Origin: an uncultured virus (IMG/VR IMGVR_UViG_3300031963_000091)
Lineage: Duplodnaviria > Heunggongvirae > Uroviricota > Caudoviricetes
Virus record (IMG/VR): IMGVR_UViG_3300031963_000091
Length of the DNA: 64,000 nt
Strand: one strand, 5' to 3'
In this document: piece by piece, positions 44,501 through 52,557 of the stretch
How positions within the stretch are numbered: the stretch's first letter is position 1
Layout of the letters: each line of letters begins with the position of its first letter
The notes under the pieces: generated by a model
What the model was told of the DNA's origin: nothing
The model's input: only the letters and a program-made list of their open reading frames with translations
Databases searched by the model: none
Made by a program: the position numbers and the translations under genes

Positions 44501-47435
44501 ATCCAGTGGAAGAGTATTTTAGTAGTTCACCATCACTAAAGTTATGATTTACAAAATTGACAGATGATGTATATGTGGATATTCCTGCTGGTTTTACAAT
44601 TAGTTTTCTGTTCTGATAACCACTTCCAGGATTTAAAACTTTAATTGAACTTAATGTATTCTTTGTATCATAAACTCTAAACTTATGTACGCCAATATTA
44701 CTTGCTGTAGTAAATCCTACAGTGTTTATTCCAGCACTATAATCATAGGCAGTTTGATATAGTTTAATCGTAGTTGGATTAACAATTTGTGAATAATATA
44801 CTGAACCACTCTGTAATGTTAAATTTTGATCAGTATTTAATCCACCAAAAGTTCCTATGCTTACAGGATTATTTCCATTTTTATTATAAACAATTGCCTG
44901 ACCATTAGATAAGTTATGATTATTTAAAAATGTTAATGTTTCATTATTAACATCAATACCACCAGATTCTGTAATTAGTCTAGCATCAAATGTCAATTCT
45001 CTGTATCTGTTTGAGATAATTGGCTCTAATACTACCCCACTACCATTTCCACCAGTTACAGTAACAGAAACTATTTTTTCTATATCAAAATCTTGCGGAT
45101 CAACATAAACGGCAGTTACAACTCCACTAACAACTGGTTGAATAAAGCAAGTTGTTCCAGAACCAGAGGTGGATACTTGGATGGTTGGTGGATTTATAAC
45201 ATCATAGTTTGTTCCACCATTTAAAACTTTTGCTGTTTCTATTGGACCATAGAAAATTTTATCATCAGATTTATAATTGCTAATCTCAACACCATTGATT
45301 AAAATGCCTACAGTTCCAGGATTAGTTTCTACATTATTACCAGATTTAATATTTGGCAATAATGGAAACTTTTTAAGTAACTTTTGTGGACCTAATTTCT
45401 TACCAAAATCTTTGAGAAGGGTAAATGTATGTGATCCAGTTCCGGACTGAAGTGGTTCAAATTCAACATAATCATCAATAGGTATAAATGACCTAGAAAC
45501 ATAAAGTCTTATTTGATTTTTATTTGTCAGTACCTTTACATAATAAATTCCTTCATTCAATCCAGTAATTGATGCTGTTTGTGGAGAATAGTAAACTGCA
45601 TCTCCAGTTATAAAAGGAACATCTGAAGCAAATGATAAAATTGAATATTTAAGAGTTGTAGTGCTATATCCCTGAATACTACTACCAGTAGCTTCGGTTA
45701 AAGTTGCTGATGAAACATTCTTTGTTATTTCATATGATGGTAGTGAATTTGATGCAACATAAAGATATTCATCAGAATCATTATAAACATTTTGTATGTC
45801 TGATGTTATTACATTATTTCCAAATTCTATTTCAGCCCCAACACTATGTGCCTTGTTTAAAGACCTTCTAATATCATATGAGAGTCCTACAACTGGAGTA
45901 AATCCAGATAAATTGTCTAAAATAATTTCTTTAGTGTTTGTGTTTATATTTTGTACGGTCGCACCACTTACACTGACATTTTGAGTTCCTCTAGCTAAAA
46001 TGTCTACAGTATCTCCTTCTTTTAGACTTGATTTATCAATATTTGAATAAAGTACAAAAGTTGATCCAGAGATATTATTTACTTGATATCTTGATGATGT
46101 GTTGTAGATCCAAGAATTTGAAAAAATTTGTTTTCTAGTTTTTTCTAGTTCTGGATTAACAATATTTTCTCCAAGATTTTTGACAAATATTTTTTCACCT
46201 TCCGAAGTCAGTTTAATATCTGAAATTGGTACAAAATTTGATAATACTCCAGTAATTCTTAATTCAACTTTTTTAGTAATATCACCATTTTCATATCCGT
46301 ATATAACTTCATTTGATCTTAAGTCTGTTGTTGAATCAATAGCAGAAATAATTCCAGTACAGTTCAAAAACTGATTAACTGTTTTATCATTGTAAGTAAC
46401 TGTATTGTCTCCACAAATAAAGGTTCCAGAAGTACTAAACCCTACTGTAGAATCAACAGTAATTACCGATGATTCTATTGAGACATCTCCGATTACTTTC
46501 GTTTTTCCGGGAATAGTAAAAGACCCTTCAATAAGATCTTGTTCATTAAATCCAACGAATAATCCGAGTTTATAGTAAGTCTTACCTTTTCTTGTAATTA
46601 TTTCAACTTCAGATACTGAAGCTTGACTCTCTTCATCTGAAGAATTTTTAATTGTTTGTCCAACTAATTTATTTGGATCTCCAGAAATTCTTTCTGCAAT
46701 TACAATTTCTCTTCTAATAAATTCTGCTGCCGAAGGTTTTAATAGGTATTCTTCAAGATCAATTACCTTTGGTGTAACACCATATAGAACATTAAAAAGA
46801 ATTCTGAAAGATTCTTCAGTTCCTTTAGACTGATAAAATACTTTTGATTCTTTGATGAAATTACTTACATCTAAATTAGAAACAAAATCTGCGTTTTCTA
46901 ATCCAGGAGTAAGACTATACTTAATTTTCTTATAAAACTCCTTCAAAAAGAGAGCACTTAAATTAGATACAGGAGCACCAGAGGTATGTGATGCCGATAA
47001 TGAAGTTGAAAAAACTAATTCGCCGGGAGAATTGTCAGCATGATATGAAGTTATACCACTAAACCCACGAATACAACCCGTGAATGTGTTTGTGGTAATT
47101 CCAGTATATGTGATTATTTCATCATTAATTTTAAACAAACCATATTGGTTTGGAAATCCTTTAGTACTTGTTACTTGAATCGTTGAATCTGTACTGGTTA
47201 CATTTGCGGATAAAGATGTTTCGCCAGTAATTACTTCTGGAGTAAGATTATCTAACTTTAGATATTGATCTAAATTATCTACAATATCAACAGTTCCACC
47301 AGTAAACTCTTGTGATATGTAATACTGTTTTAAAAATTCTGCTGCCTTTGGACTCTCTGATAAAATAAATTCTGGAAGTTGATTCTCAACAATTTGTTGA
47401 ATTTGTACTTTTGATTCAAACCCGGTTGCTATCAT
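35547..47435 (-). CDS. g7: Baseplate wedge initiator gp7-like giant protein, 3962 aa
   Basis: QLPEFI...FLKQYY, FYQSKGTEESFRILF, HSPIIGWAYDG and DNDYYQSLSY; between g6 and g8. Confidence 0.88.
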   Translation of the reverse strand: MIATGFESKVQIQQIVENQLPEFILSESPKAAEFLKQYYISQEFTGGTVDIVDNLDQYLKLDNLTPEVITGETSLSANVTSTDSTIQVTSTKGFPNQYGLFKINDEIITYTGITTNTFTGCIRGFSGITSYHADNSPGELVFSTSLSASHTSGAPVSNLSALFLKEFYKKIKYSLTPGLENADFVSNLDVSNFIKESKVFYQSKGTEESFRILFNVLYGVTPKVIDLEEYLLKPSAAEFIRREIVIAERISGDPNKLVGQTIKNSSDEESQASVSEVEIITRKGKTYYKLGLFVGFNEQDLIEGSFTIPGKTKVIGDVSIESSVITVDSTVGFSTSGTFICGDNTVTYNDKTVNQFLNCTGIISAIDSTTDLRSNEVIYGYENGDITKKVELRITGVLSNFVPISDIKLTSEGEKIFVKNLGENIVNPELEKTRKQIFSNSWIYNTSSRYQVNNISGSTFVLYSNIDKSSLKEGDTVDILARGTQNVSVSGATVQNINTNTKEIILDNLSGFTPVVGLSYDIRRSLNKAHSVGAEIEFGNNVITSDIQNVYNDSDEYLYVASNSLPSYEITKNVSSATLTEATGSSIQGYSTTTLKYSILSFASDVPFITGDAVYYSPQTASITGLNEGIYYVKVLTNKNQIRLYVSRSFIPIDDYVEFEPLQSGTGSHTFTLLKDFGKKLGPQKLLKKFPLLPNIKSGNNVETNPGTVGILINGVEISNYKSDDKIFYGPIETAKVLNGGTNYDVINPPTIQVSTSGSGTTCFIQPVVSGVVTAVYVDPQDFDIEKIVSVTVTGGNGSGVVLEPIISNRYRELTFDARLITESGGIDVNNETLTFLNNHNLSNGQAIVYNKNGNNPVSIGTFGGLNTDQNLTLQSGSVYYSQIVNPTTIKLYQTAYDYSAGINTVGFTTASNIGVHKFRVYDTKNTLSSIKVLNPGSGYQNRKLIVKPAGISTYTSSVNFVNHNFSDGELLKYSSTGSTISGLTTTRQYYVIKVDNNSFRLADAGIGGTITSNYIRKNYVHFSSVGSGYHNFEYPQIQVNINVEYSGTTGVITATPIVRGSIIDAYVYEGGSGYGSDILNLEKTPTLTIKNGKNAQLKPIIVNGRISSVEIQSKGSEYNAAPDLKVNGDGVGAKLRAIVSNGYISEVIVLNSGVNYTTDKTTIQITPPGSGAIIEPKIRGLSINNFERYGSDLFVDTENNLEYSVVGYSTNIGKNYFGDSGLNHSPIIGWAYDGNPIYGPYGYSNPSDENSGITLLQTGYTSSSSNIENRPSGFSIGFFVDDYKFTNSGDLDENNGRYCKTPDYPEGTYAYFVGVNTNPSSGKLDPKYPYFIGNTYRSNPIQENFEINQSSFDFNNSNLIRNTFPYKVADLYADNDFIIESNEYVDQTAVVDSVTKGSVDSFQIVEPGSDYKIGDSVEFDNDGTSGGGLSAYVKTITGKSITNLQTSIKEYNGVVFVWDNSKQISAYISTSHTFNNADSVVVSGLSTEIRALTGSHVVGVNTVRTVVYKEISANATAGVVTDIYVSSIPNSISIGSSIGIGTERLLVLNRFSDRSILRVKRGVTGSAHTASTFVDLIPSYITLPVESDYFDSKVNDKFYFNPNESVGVGTVVGVGTSVNYTKGEILEVISIPSQSIYLPNHPFKTNQAITFTKPAAGVALTVSNSSGGSTFNLPDTGNSQTVYVINKSKDYIGIVTQVGLTTSSNGLFFVNNGSDLFDYLFESNFTQVTGTAQKITTTVSVSTAHSLVNGDEINLQVNPDQSVGIGTSGSVKVVYNQLRNQILIDPVGFSSSSVDLTNNEITINAHRLKTGDKVFYDSNLVSSGLSTGEYFVYRIDSNNIKLTETYSDAVKYPPTIVSLGSTGGSNHQLSLINPEISVVRNNNLVFDLSDSSLSGYKFKLFYDSKFNNEFVSTGSTETFLVSGVGTVGVSTNATLTLNYSSNNPTNLFYTLEKAGYISTSDTDVVNHSQISYIDSVYKNKYNVFGVGTTTFNISLKEIPESLEYNTSNTEVLKYSTNSLTARGGVDSLQITFGGFGYKKLPTFVSIASTQGINAKILPKSANINRIDDVRIIDPGFEYSSDKTLRPEAFISPVVSLVDSNEIVNIEVLSGGRNYTTAPDLIIVNPQTGQQVITGIVNSNLNGTSISSVDIVQSPKGLTSVEQSIIAINNSNGTTINTVQSSSTGIVTCVLVTPISGFSTSVFSVGEKIFVEGIQKYGSTGEGFNSPDHEYQFFTVSAYRNTNPAEVEFNLSGITTNAGIAKTSQNSYASIVKYDDYPRFKTIQRSSLFQVGEQLLSLTNGQYVVIDLFITESSDDYIKISGNYQLTLNEIIKGSISGSTATINDVVDNFGRFNVNYSVRQDYGWSDNTGKLDEDYQLLPDNDYYQSLSYTIKSPIEFETLINPVNRLLHTSGLKNFADTEVTSSSTVSIASSTIDSISIFDIFEEKRVDTINDYDLTIDVDTITNSSTKSKFLKLKNKKLSDYIQCKTNRVLKIDDISSQFSNSLSSLNEYSDLFIDEQYSRFIVQIKNPNNNDLQVSELVLLKDSNNAFTFEKSKLYNTSQQLVEVASNIDEFGNTSLRFSPADPYEDDYDIKVFKNTFNTDLAGISTQSIGFVDLTGVNRVVSSGQTSELISDNISNTDSYFASVEVVNNSTLEKNFVELYISHDGTNSYFSDYYIDTESESGYSSNFIGTFTSLINSGILYLNYENNTSDEILLRSKIVGFGTTASGIGTYRFKEASQIDGTERSLKLESNYVNVSSASTIVGFSTSEVTSVKNLIRVSYGATSAIHQVLMMHNGENTYSTQYPFVSIGSTSGIGTFSTEYNGSNFNLLFHPDASITDTLQIQTFSEVIYTESDLVNPAPDLLYGSVTESLSFVQYNAINGNRSNKTVFELKHGGVPIFEKKFNPSNTSVLDPSTGIFTIKDHFFNTGERLIYTANSTFVGVAASSVGIGSTQNSVGIVTNILPEDVYAIRINKDKFRLSTRSDFASAGIYVTFTTLGSGNSHELEMYKKLEKSLIDIDGIIQSPLSYTPINTTLNNNGGQITASSTIFGVSGISSITPTDILKVDDEYMKVVSVGVGTTSVGPITGSGSVPLLEVSRGFVGSSSTTHTDGTEVRIYSGSFNIVGSNIYFTDAPKGTNTSLKDSSNLDFIRSSFDGRVYLRNDYTNNRIFDDISDRFTGIGQTYTVTVQGINTTGIQTGSGILVLNGIFQKPSSSNNTGNNYSFIENIGISSVVFTGITSSNGSLVKSTSDINQNQLPRGGVIVSLGSTGGLGIAPLVGAAVTAVVGAGGSIVSVGLGTTDIIGSGYNGLVSIGVSVHESGHIGDVASITAIVGAGGTLAFTVGSAGTGYTNPSIFVSAPSYQNLEVTGVSRLGIGSTTETGSGLLLSVDVGSSTTTGIGSTLFEVTSFSINRPGYQFKVGDVFTPVGLVTDRNLASPLSNFELTVLDVFTDKLTSWEFGEFDFIDPITDLQNGIRTRFPLSYNGQLLSFETDPNNPDSSLIDLNSLLLIFVNGVLQTPGESYQFEGGTSFTFAVAPEPEDNISVFFYKGTSGTDSLTVSVNETIKTGDLVQVLKNNNYSGTIDQNVRTIYNITTSDKVETNLYIDQGIDEVNFKPLSWTKQKIDKVINGELVYKSRDSIESLVYPTSRIIKNLSTSDTQLFVDDAQFFNYEENNSALVISSVGGLIVSGSSPVAAGFTAVVSSAGTIQSLSITNSGSGYSGSSITISISSPQSIGVGVGTTATATATLTNGQVTSTTIVNPGFGYTQSAPPQVLAPLPSPIKEDINSITSVEGFSGIVTGITTTTGTLGNPLALKFYLNSSSFVGLETGYPLYIFDTSVGTGVTSIDSSNSDTVGIGTTFLDNVYYIHSITSSGSNSEIVTNVNSGSNIIGINTSGSTSQPIGKFSWGRLSGFTRSTSPISIGVTGFTIDSGLSTFPSIQRRDYGLRDSGALRKDLG

Positions 47436-47436
47436 C

Positions 47437-49344
47437 TTATATCCTCTTTAGTTCTCCGTTTAGATAATTTGATGTTACTTTAAACCCGATACCAGATATT
47501 TGTTCACCAGAAGATATAGTATCTTTAACCATATTTATGGTACTATTGGCAACACTAAAACTCAAATATAAGTCCTTTAATCCTATAATATCGTTTGATT
47601 CTGGATATGCCTGAATCTGAACAATATTGTTATCTAAAACAGTTGATGTGATATTGATCGTGGTTAATATAATCTCACCCTTTGTATAATCAATAGTTCC
47701 AGCAGACTTAATTACAACGATATTATCAACTCCATTTGGGTTTTGTTTTACAATAGACATTGTACCCATGCCACTTCCATCAAGATTTCCGTTTGAATCT
47801 TTATTTGGAACATCTGTCAAATAAACCGTATCCACTTCTCCAGAAATTCTAAATCCAGTACTCTTAATATTGAACCCCTTTGGATTGATATGGAATTGAT
47901 TTCCAAAGCACAATTCATACTGTGCAAATTGATTTACCGCTGCCTTTAGATTTCTTCTAATAATGACTCTGGTGATGTTAGATGTGATTGCCGTATCCAC
48001 ATCATCAATGATCCTAACTAATTTACTATATTTGAATCTACCACCAAATTTATTAACATCTGTTGAAGAAGCATAAGTTGTAAGAGCATTTGTTACTCTT
48101 GTTTTTAGATCATTAACATTTGAAACTTTAGGTGAGTCATAATACACCGCAGAATCTACTTCCACATACAAAACTTTTAGATCTACGATTGATTGATTGA
48201 TTCCTGTTAATGAGTAATTTTTTAACTTGCTTAAAATTTGTTGCTTATCAAAGTCAGAAACATAATCACCATTTTTTGGTTTAATACTGATAAGAACTGT
48301 ACCAAATTGTGGTGGATCTAGTTCCTCGCCACCAACTACTGATACTGATTCTGTATTTGGATATATTTGTTGAATAATGGACTCATAATCTCTTCCAGTG
48401 ACTGCTCTATACTGTGAAGAATAAAGTCTTGGTGCAAAATATTTGATTGAATCAATAGTTTCAATATCACCGCCATTTGATGATGATTGTATTGTAAGAA
48501 CTGATACGGTTGATGATGGAGTTACAATTTCATCAGAAGAACCTCTTAATGATCCCGAGAAGGAAAATAATGATGCTCCATTGCCATCTTTACCATCAGT
48601 GACAATATAGGTTACTGTGATGACGGTTCCATTTTCTAGTTTTTTACCGAATATTCCGTCTCCAAATAGTAACTCATATTTTTCATCTTTAATTTCTTGA
48701 ATCAAAAATGTTTCTGAAGTACCATTTAAATTCAGGATGTTGTCTACTAATGTATATTCTCTACCCAAACCAGTATCAGAAATACCCTTTACATAAACGA
48801 CAATTGTTGATGTATCAATGAAAGAGTTGTCAAGAATAAATCTTTGGTCTAAAGATCCATCAACAACAAATTGATTACGAAGAAGAGTTCCTTGATAGAT
48901 GTTAATACCACTAAAGGATGCTACTCCATTAGTGACTGATGTTGTAATAGTTTCTGGAATTGAGAAAGTATATGTCGTGTCTTCAACTCCACCAACACAC
49001 ACTAGACCCGCCTGTAAGGTTAGTGTTGGACTTGTTGTGGTAGTTGGTACATTAAACGATACAACCGCCTTTGACGCCGATCTGGAGCGGGGTACATAAC
49101 CGATATTTCTTGCTAGAGAAACAACATTTTCTCGTAAAGTCGCAGAGTCTAGAAAAGACTCATTTACGACCATATTGGAATTAAATGCCGTAATATATGT
49201 GTTATACGCTAGAGTGTCAATTAAAACTGAAAAGTTTGATCCTTCAAAATCAAAATCAGTAAAGTTTGAATTCGCACGAAGATAATCCTTTATTGAGGTT
49301 TTGATCTGATCAAAATCTAGATTGGTAAACTGTGTAAAAGGCAT
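47437..49344 (-). CDS. g6: Baseplate wedge protein gp6
   Basis: LDFDQIKTSIKDYLR, DFDFEGSNFSVLIDTLAYNT and QYRAVTGRDY. Confidence 0.96.
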   Translation of the reverse strand: MPFTQFTNLDFDQIKTSIKDYLRANSNFTDFDFEGSNFSVLIDTLAYNTYITAFNSNMVVNESFLDSATLRENVVSLARNIGYVPRSRSASKAVVSFNVPTTTTSPTLTLQAGLVCVGGVEDTTYTFSIPETITTSVTNGVASFSGINIYQGTLLRNQFVVDGSLDQRFILDNSFIDTSTIVVYVKGISDTGLGREYTLVDNILNLNGTSETFLIQEIKDEKYELLFGDGIFGKKLENGTVITVTYIVTDGKDGNGASLFSFSGSLRGSSDEIVTPSSTVSVLTIQSSSNGGDIETIDSIKYFAPRLYSSQYRAVTGRDYESIIQQIYPNTESVSVVGGEELDPPQFGTVLISIKPKNGDYVSDFDKQQILSKLKNYSLTGINQSIVDLKVLYVEVDSAVYYDSPKVSNVNDLKTRVTNALTTYASSTDVNKFGGRFKYSKLVRIIDDVDTAITSNITRVIIRRNLKAAVNQFAQYELCFGNQFHINPKGFNIKSTGFRISGEVDTVYLTDVPNKDSNGNLDGSGMGTMSIVKQNPNGVDNIVVIKSAGTIDYTKGEIILTTINITSTVLDNNIVQIQAYPESNDIIGLKDLYLSFSVANSTINMVKDTISSGEQISGIGFKVTSNYLNGELKRI

Positions 49345-49345
49345 T

Positions 49346-49747
49346 TTATCTTGTTGCCTCTAGGATAAATGTAAATTCTTGTGTTGGGAATTCTTGTCCA
49401 ATAATATCAAAAAATATTGTTGCCTCAAACTCATTAGTATCAGGTCTAGGATTTACTTCAACAACCACATTTTCAACTCTGCTTTCAAAGTTTTGTATTG
49501 CTAATTCAATTTGATTTTGAATAATTGACGCAGTACCATAATCAACAAATTCAAAGAGACTACTACGCACATCAGATCCAAAAATTGGATTGAAAAATTT
49601 TTCTGTAGGAATAGTCTCTACGATGTTCCTGACAGATCTCTTTATTGCGTTTTCGTTTCTCAATATGGGTAAATCCTTTGTAACCGGATGAGGTTCAAAG
49701 GATAAACTAATATCTTTAAATGATCTAGATATCCTTTGTATTGCCAT
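49346..49747 (-). CDS. g25: Baseplate wedge protein gp25
   Basis: FKDISLSF, NAIKRSVRNIV...EKFFNPIFGS; late promoter at 49768-49775. Confidence 0.95.
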   Translation of the reverse strand: MAIQRISRSFKDISLSFEPHPVTKDLPILRNENAIKRSVRNIVETIPTEKFFNPIFGSDVRSSLFEFVDYGTASIIQNQIELAIQNFESRVENVVVEVNPRPDTNEFEATIFFDIIGQEFPTQEFTFILEATR

Positions 49748-49777
49748 CGGACAAAAGTTTCTTGCTTTATTTATATC

Positions 49778-50020
49778 CTATTTCCAAGGTGAACCATATG
49801 TTGGTTCAGTACCATAACCCCAATCATCGTAATCCTCATCATTACGAATTTTTTCATGAAGTTCTGTCTGTTTTTTCAAATCGTGTTTTGGTGCAGAATC
49901 GTGCATAACCTCTTGAATAATTCTTTGAGGTGGTGTTGAGTCATAATCCGTGATGAGTCTTGCGGTTCCCCACATTTCTCTCATGTAATTTTGATCTCTA
50001 TCTACTGGCAAATTAGACAT
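49778..50020 (-). CDS. Conserved hypothetical protein
   Basis: 80-aa ORF with AGGAG Shine-Dalgarno. Confidence 0.75.
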   Translation of the reverse strand: MSNLPVDRDQNYMREMWGTARLITDYDSTPPQRIIQEVMHDSAPKHDLKKQTELHEKIRNDEDYDDWGYGTEPTYGSPWK

Positions 50021-50088
50021 TTTAGCTCCTGTTTTAAATGAATAAAACAGAACTTTTATAAAGGAGGTTGCTATCTCCTTACTTCTAT

Positions 50089-50430
50089 TTAACGATCAAC
50101 CTCACGCAGAGAATATGAGTCGGAATTGAGGTATTTTAAGATTTCTAGGGCAATAAGGCGAGGATTTCCTTCTCCACAAGTGTATACATCCACTGCCAAA
50201 CAACCGTTTTCTGGCCAAGTATGACATGAAACATGACTTTCAGAGAGTGCAATGACAACTGTACACCCTTGTGGAATAAAACAATGGGCAAATGTGTTCA
50301 AAATTGTCATTTTAGCACGTTGAATACCTCTAATCATGACGTTTTGTAGCGATTCTACGTCATTAATCAGGTCAAAATCCACATCGTACACCTCTAGGAG
50401 CAGGTGTTTGCCCATTGAAAACTGTTCCAA
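50089..50430 (-). CDS. speD: S-adenosylmethionine decarboxylase proenzyme (polyamine synthesis, auxiliary metabolic gene)
   Basis: MGKHLLLE...PQGCTVVIALSESHVSCHTWPE...DVYTCG, including the E-S-H self-cleavage site. Start is uncertain (TTG 50430 or ATG 50415). Confidence 0.93.
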   Translation of the reverse strand: MEQFSMGKHLLLEVYDVDFDLINDVESLQNVMIRGIQRAKMTILNTFAHCFIPQGCTVVIALSESHVSCHTWPENGCLAVDVYTCGEGNPRLIALEILKYLNSDSYSLREVDR

Positions 50431-50454
50431 GTCAATTTTTAGCAAAAAATGTAT

Positions 50455-51090
50455 TTATTTTTGTTCTAGATCAGTAATTTCGTACATGTAGTGCTCTGAA
50501 GTTTCAATTTTTCGCTTATTTTCTACAGAGTAGACCGTCATGTCAATCTCATAACCTGGATTTTTACTAATTCTGTTAAAAGTCCAGGCATTATCATACC
50601 AAATAATGCGATTATTTGGATAGGCATAGTAATTTCCAGTTTCTACCTTAAACAAATGGGCACATTTATGTTCTGGAGTCTCTGAAAAATTAAGATCTGG
50701 TATTCCTTTATTTTCCCAGGACCAGTCAAGAGTGAACATATAACTCCCAATTACCTTTTTTCCATCTGGACGAATAAGTTCTGCCTGTAAACCAGCAAGA
50801 CGAGCACGCTTTTGTACATCAATATAAGGAGAAAAGCAGTCCCAGTAAATAATATCTTCTAATGGTTCAATGGGAGCATCTGGTTTCCAGCAAAAAGCGT
50901 GAAGAGGACGCCGAGTCCAATTCACGCCATTTTCAAGAAATGCCTCAAACAGAGGAACTCTTTTTTCAATACTTGCCACCGAATGTACATCACATTTGGT
51001 CACTTCACCATGTCCTTTTTGGTGATTAAACAAAAACTCATTACGAATGTAACAAGACCAATCTGGTAGACTATGGTTTAAGTATGCCAT
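50455..51090 (-). CDS. Conserved phage hypothetical protein
   Basis: MAYLNHSLP...YIRNEFL...WDCFS...EHKCAH...YPNNRIIW; 211 aa. Confidence 0.8.
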   Translation of the reverse strand: MAYLNHSLPDWSCYIRNEFLFNHQKGHGEVTKCDVHSVASIEKRVPLFEAFLENGVNWTRRPLHAFCWKPDAPIEPLEDIIYWDCFSPYIDVQKRARLAGLQAELIRPDGKKVIGSYMFTLDWSWENKGIPDLNFSETPEHKCAHLFKVETGNYYAYPNNRIIWYDNAWTFNRISKNPGYEIDMTVYSVENKRKIETSEHYMYEITDLEQK

Positions 51091-51093
51091 TGA

Positions 51094-51249
51094 TTAACCT
51101 TTCCCCTGACCTCTATATTTTTTACGAGCCGAGTTACGAGACGAAGCGGCATATTTGGTTCCCATACCATCTCCTTGACGAGACTTTTTAGGAGGTCCAG
51201 GAATATAAGAACTGTTCTTGTTCAGACCACCTTTTGCTTTTGCTGCCAT
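51094..51249 (-). CDS. Small basic protein, 51 aa; not in ORF track
   Basis: Hand translation MAAKAKGGLNKNSSYIPGPPKKSRQGDGMGTKYAASSRNSARKKYRGQGKG*; GGAG Shine-Dalgarno upstream. Confidence 0.75.
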   Translation of the reverse strand: MAAKAKGGLNKNSSYIPGPPKKSRQGDGMGTKYAASSRNSARKKYRGQGKG

Positions 51250-51419
51250 ACATTTTTCTCCAATAAAATTTCAGTTTCAAGATCTTCAGGTCGTGGAGAA
51301 CCTGTCTGATAGTACTCTATTGACAGATCCTCCATGACATTGAAATATTCTTCCTCTGTAAGACTTGAATAGATTCTTCTCCCCTTACAGAGAATATTAT
51401 AGTGTTGGTTAGACATCAA
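51222..51419 (-). CDS. Hypothetical protein
   Basis: 65-aa ORF overlapping its neighbours in operon fashion. Confidence 0.7.
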   Translation of the reverse strand: MMSNQHYNILCKGRRIYSSLTEEEYFNVMEDLSIEYYQTGSPRPEDLETEILLEKNVWQQKQKVV

Positions 51420-52168
51420 ATAACTCTTGTTTTTTCGTGACCGACTCTGATACGAGGGTCACACCAAATTTCAAAGCCTGCTTCCTTTGCGTCCAAACAG
51501 AATGATACATCTTCTCCACACATGTCCTGAACTTCACCAGACTCAAAAACTTGCATCTTTGGAGCAAACCAAGGATACTTCATGTCCTTATTCTCAAAGA
51601 CTCCGTTTTTAATCAGAAGCCATCCAAATCCAGTGTAATCAACAGTGAATGGTTTACGACGCTTTTGAATACTATCAATGGTTTCATGGTTCATGACTCC
51701 ACCATTATTACGGAAGTCATCTTCTTCTAACCAATGAGCAACAGAAGTTGTTCTACCATCTTCTGTACAATACCAACCAGCGGCAATATCCTTTTCCATC
51801 AGAACCAATTGCCAGAACTTTTCAGTATTGAATACAATATCACTATCAATCCAAAGTTGCCAGTCATACTTCAGTTTTCCGTCCCAGGGAATCTGATCTG
51901 GTCCACGAAGTACATTTGCTCCAAGACACTTACAACGGGCAAAATTAACCATTGAAGAATAATCTTGCGAGATTTGGATACTTGCGCCAGCTTGTACCAA
52001 GTCAAAGCAAAGTTGTACAAAATTCTTTAGATAAGTATATGAAACTCCTCTACCAGGCAAACAGAATACAATGGTCTTTCCTTTTACCATTTCGCGGGCT
52101 AGACTATAGTCCCATTCTTGTTCCTGTACAGTAGGTGCGTTTGCTTTTACAGTGAATCCTTTAGCCAT
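51416..52168 (-). CDS. Glycosyltransferase-like protein (GT-A fold)
   Basis: LWIDSD (DxD), VDYTGFGWLLI, GEDVSFC and RVGHEK motifs. Confidence 0.8.
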   Translation of the reverse strand: MAKGFTVKANAPTVQEQEWDYSLAREMVKGKTIVFCLPGRGVSYTYLKNFVQLCFDLVQAGASIQISQDYSSMVNFARCKCLGANVLRGPDQIPWDGKLKYDWQLWIDSDIVFNTEKFWQLVLMEKDIAAGWYCTEDGRTTSVAHWLEEDDFRNNGGVMNHETIDSIQKRRKPFTVDYTGFGWLLIKNGVFENKDMKYPWFAPKMQVFESGEVQDMCGEDVSFCLDAKEAGFEIWCDPRIRVGHEKTRVI

Positions 52169-52216
52169 AATAGAATGCGTTTACATCAACATCATACATC
52201 ACTATGTAGTCCTTCG

Positions 52217-52396
52217 TCAAGTGTCCTCTTTTACCTCTGTGATTACAATACAGTCTCCATCTACTTCCATGTTTACTGTGGTGCCTTCGTACCATCCAAA
52301 ATCATTTAGAATCCATTCTGGGATCGTTACATAATATTCACCAGTTATTGGATCAACCTCTACAGTCGTAAAATTTTCTCCGGGATTTTTTTTCAT
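52217..52396 (-). CDS. AbrB/MazE-like swapped-hairpin DNA-binding protein
   Basis: GEYYVTIPEWILNDFGWYEGTTVNMEVDGDCIVI pattern; ATG at 52396. Confidence 0.75.
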   Translation of the reverse strand: MKKNPGENFTTVEVDPITGEYYVTIPEWILNDFGWYEGTTVNMEVDGDCIVITEVKEDT

Positions 52397-52450
52397 TTTG
52401 AGACTATGAATTATGTTTTTTGTTTTATATATGACTTTATAGTTCTCTCG

Positions 52451-52549
52451 CGTCCGTAACACTTTGTAGGTTACAGGGACCCAGTGGTTTTATATACGGG
52501 GGCGACCCCCGAACCGCATAAGAACGGGGGCACTGCTGGGTCACGAACG
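52451..52549 (-). ncRNA. Candidate structured RNA/DNA element with alternative stems
   Basis: Non-coding. CGTTCGTGAC pairs with GTTACGGACG (10 bp, 2 G-U); GACCCAG..TG pairs with CACTGGGTC; CCCCCG/CGGGGG/CCCCCG tracts. Confidence 0.45.
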
Positions 52550-52557
52550 AACAGGGG

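Noticed and set aside
125..49099. Many short plus-strand and alternate-frame ORFs over the core genes
   Set aside because: They overlap well-identified T4-like genes and reflect codon bias on the opposite strand or frame.
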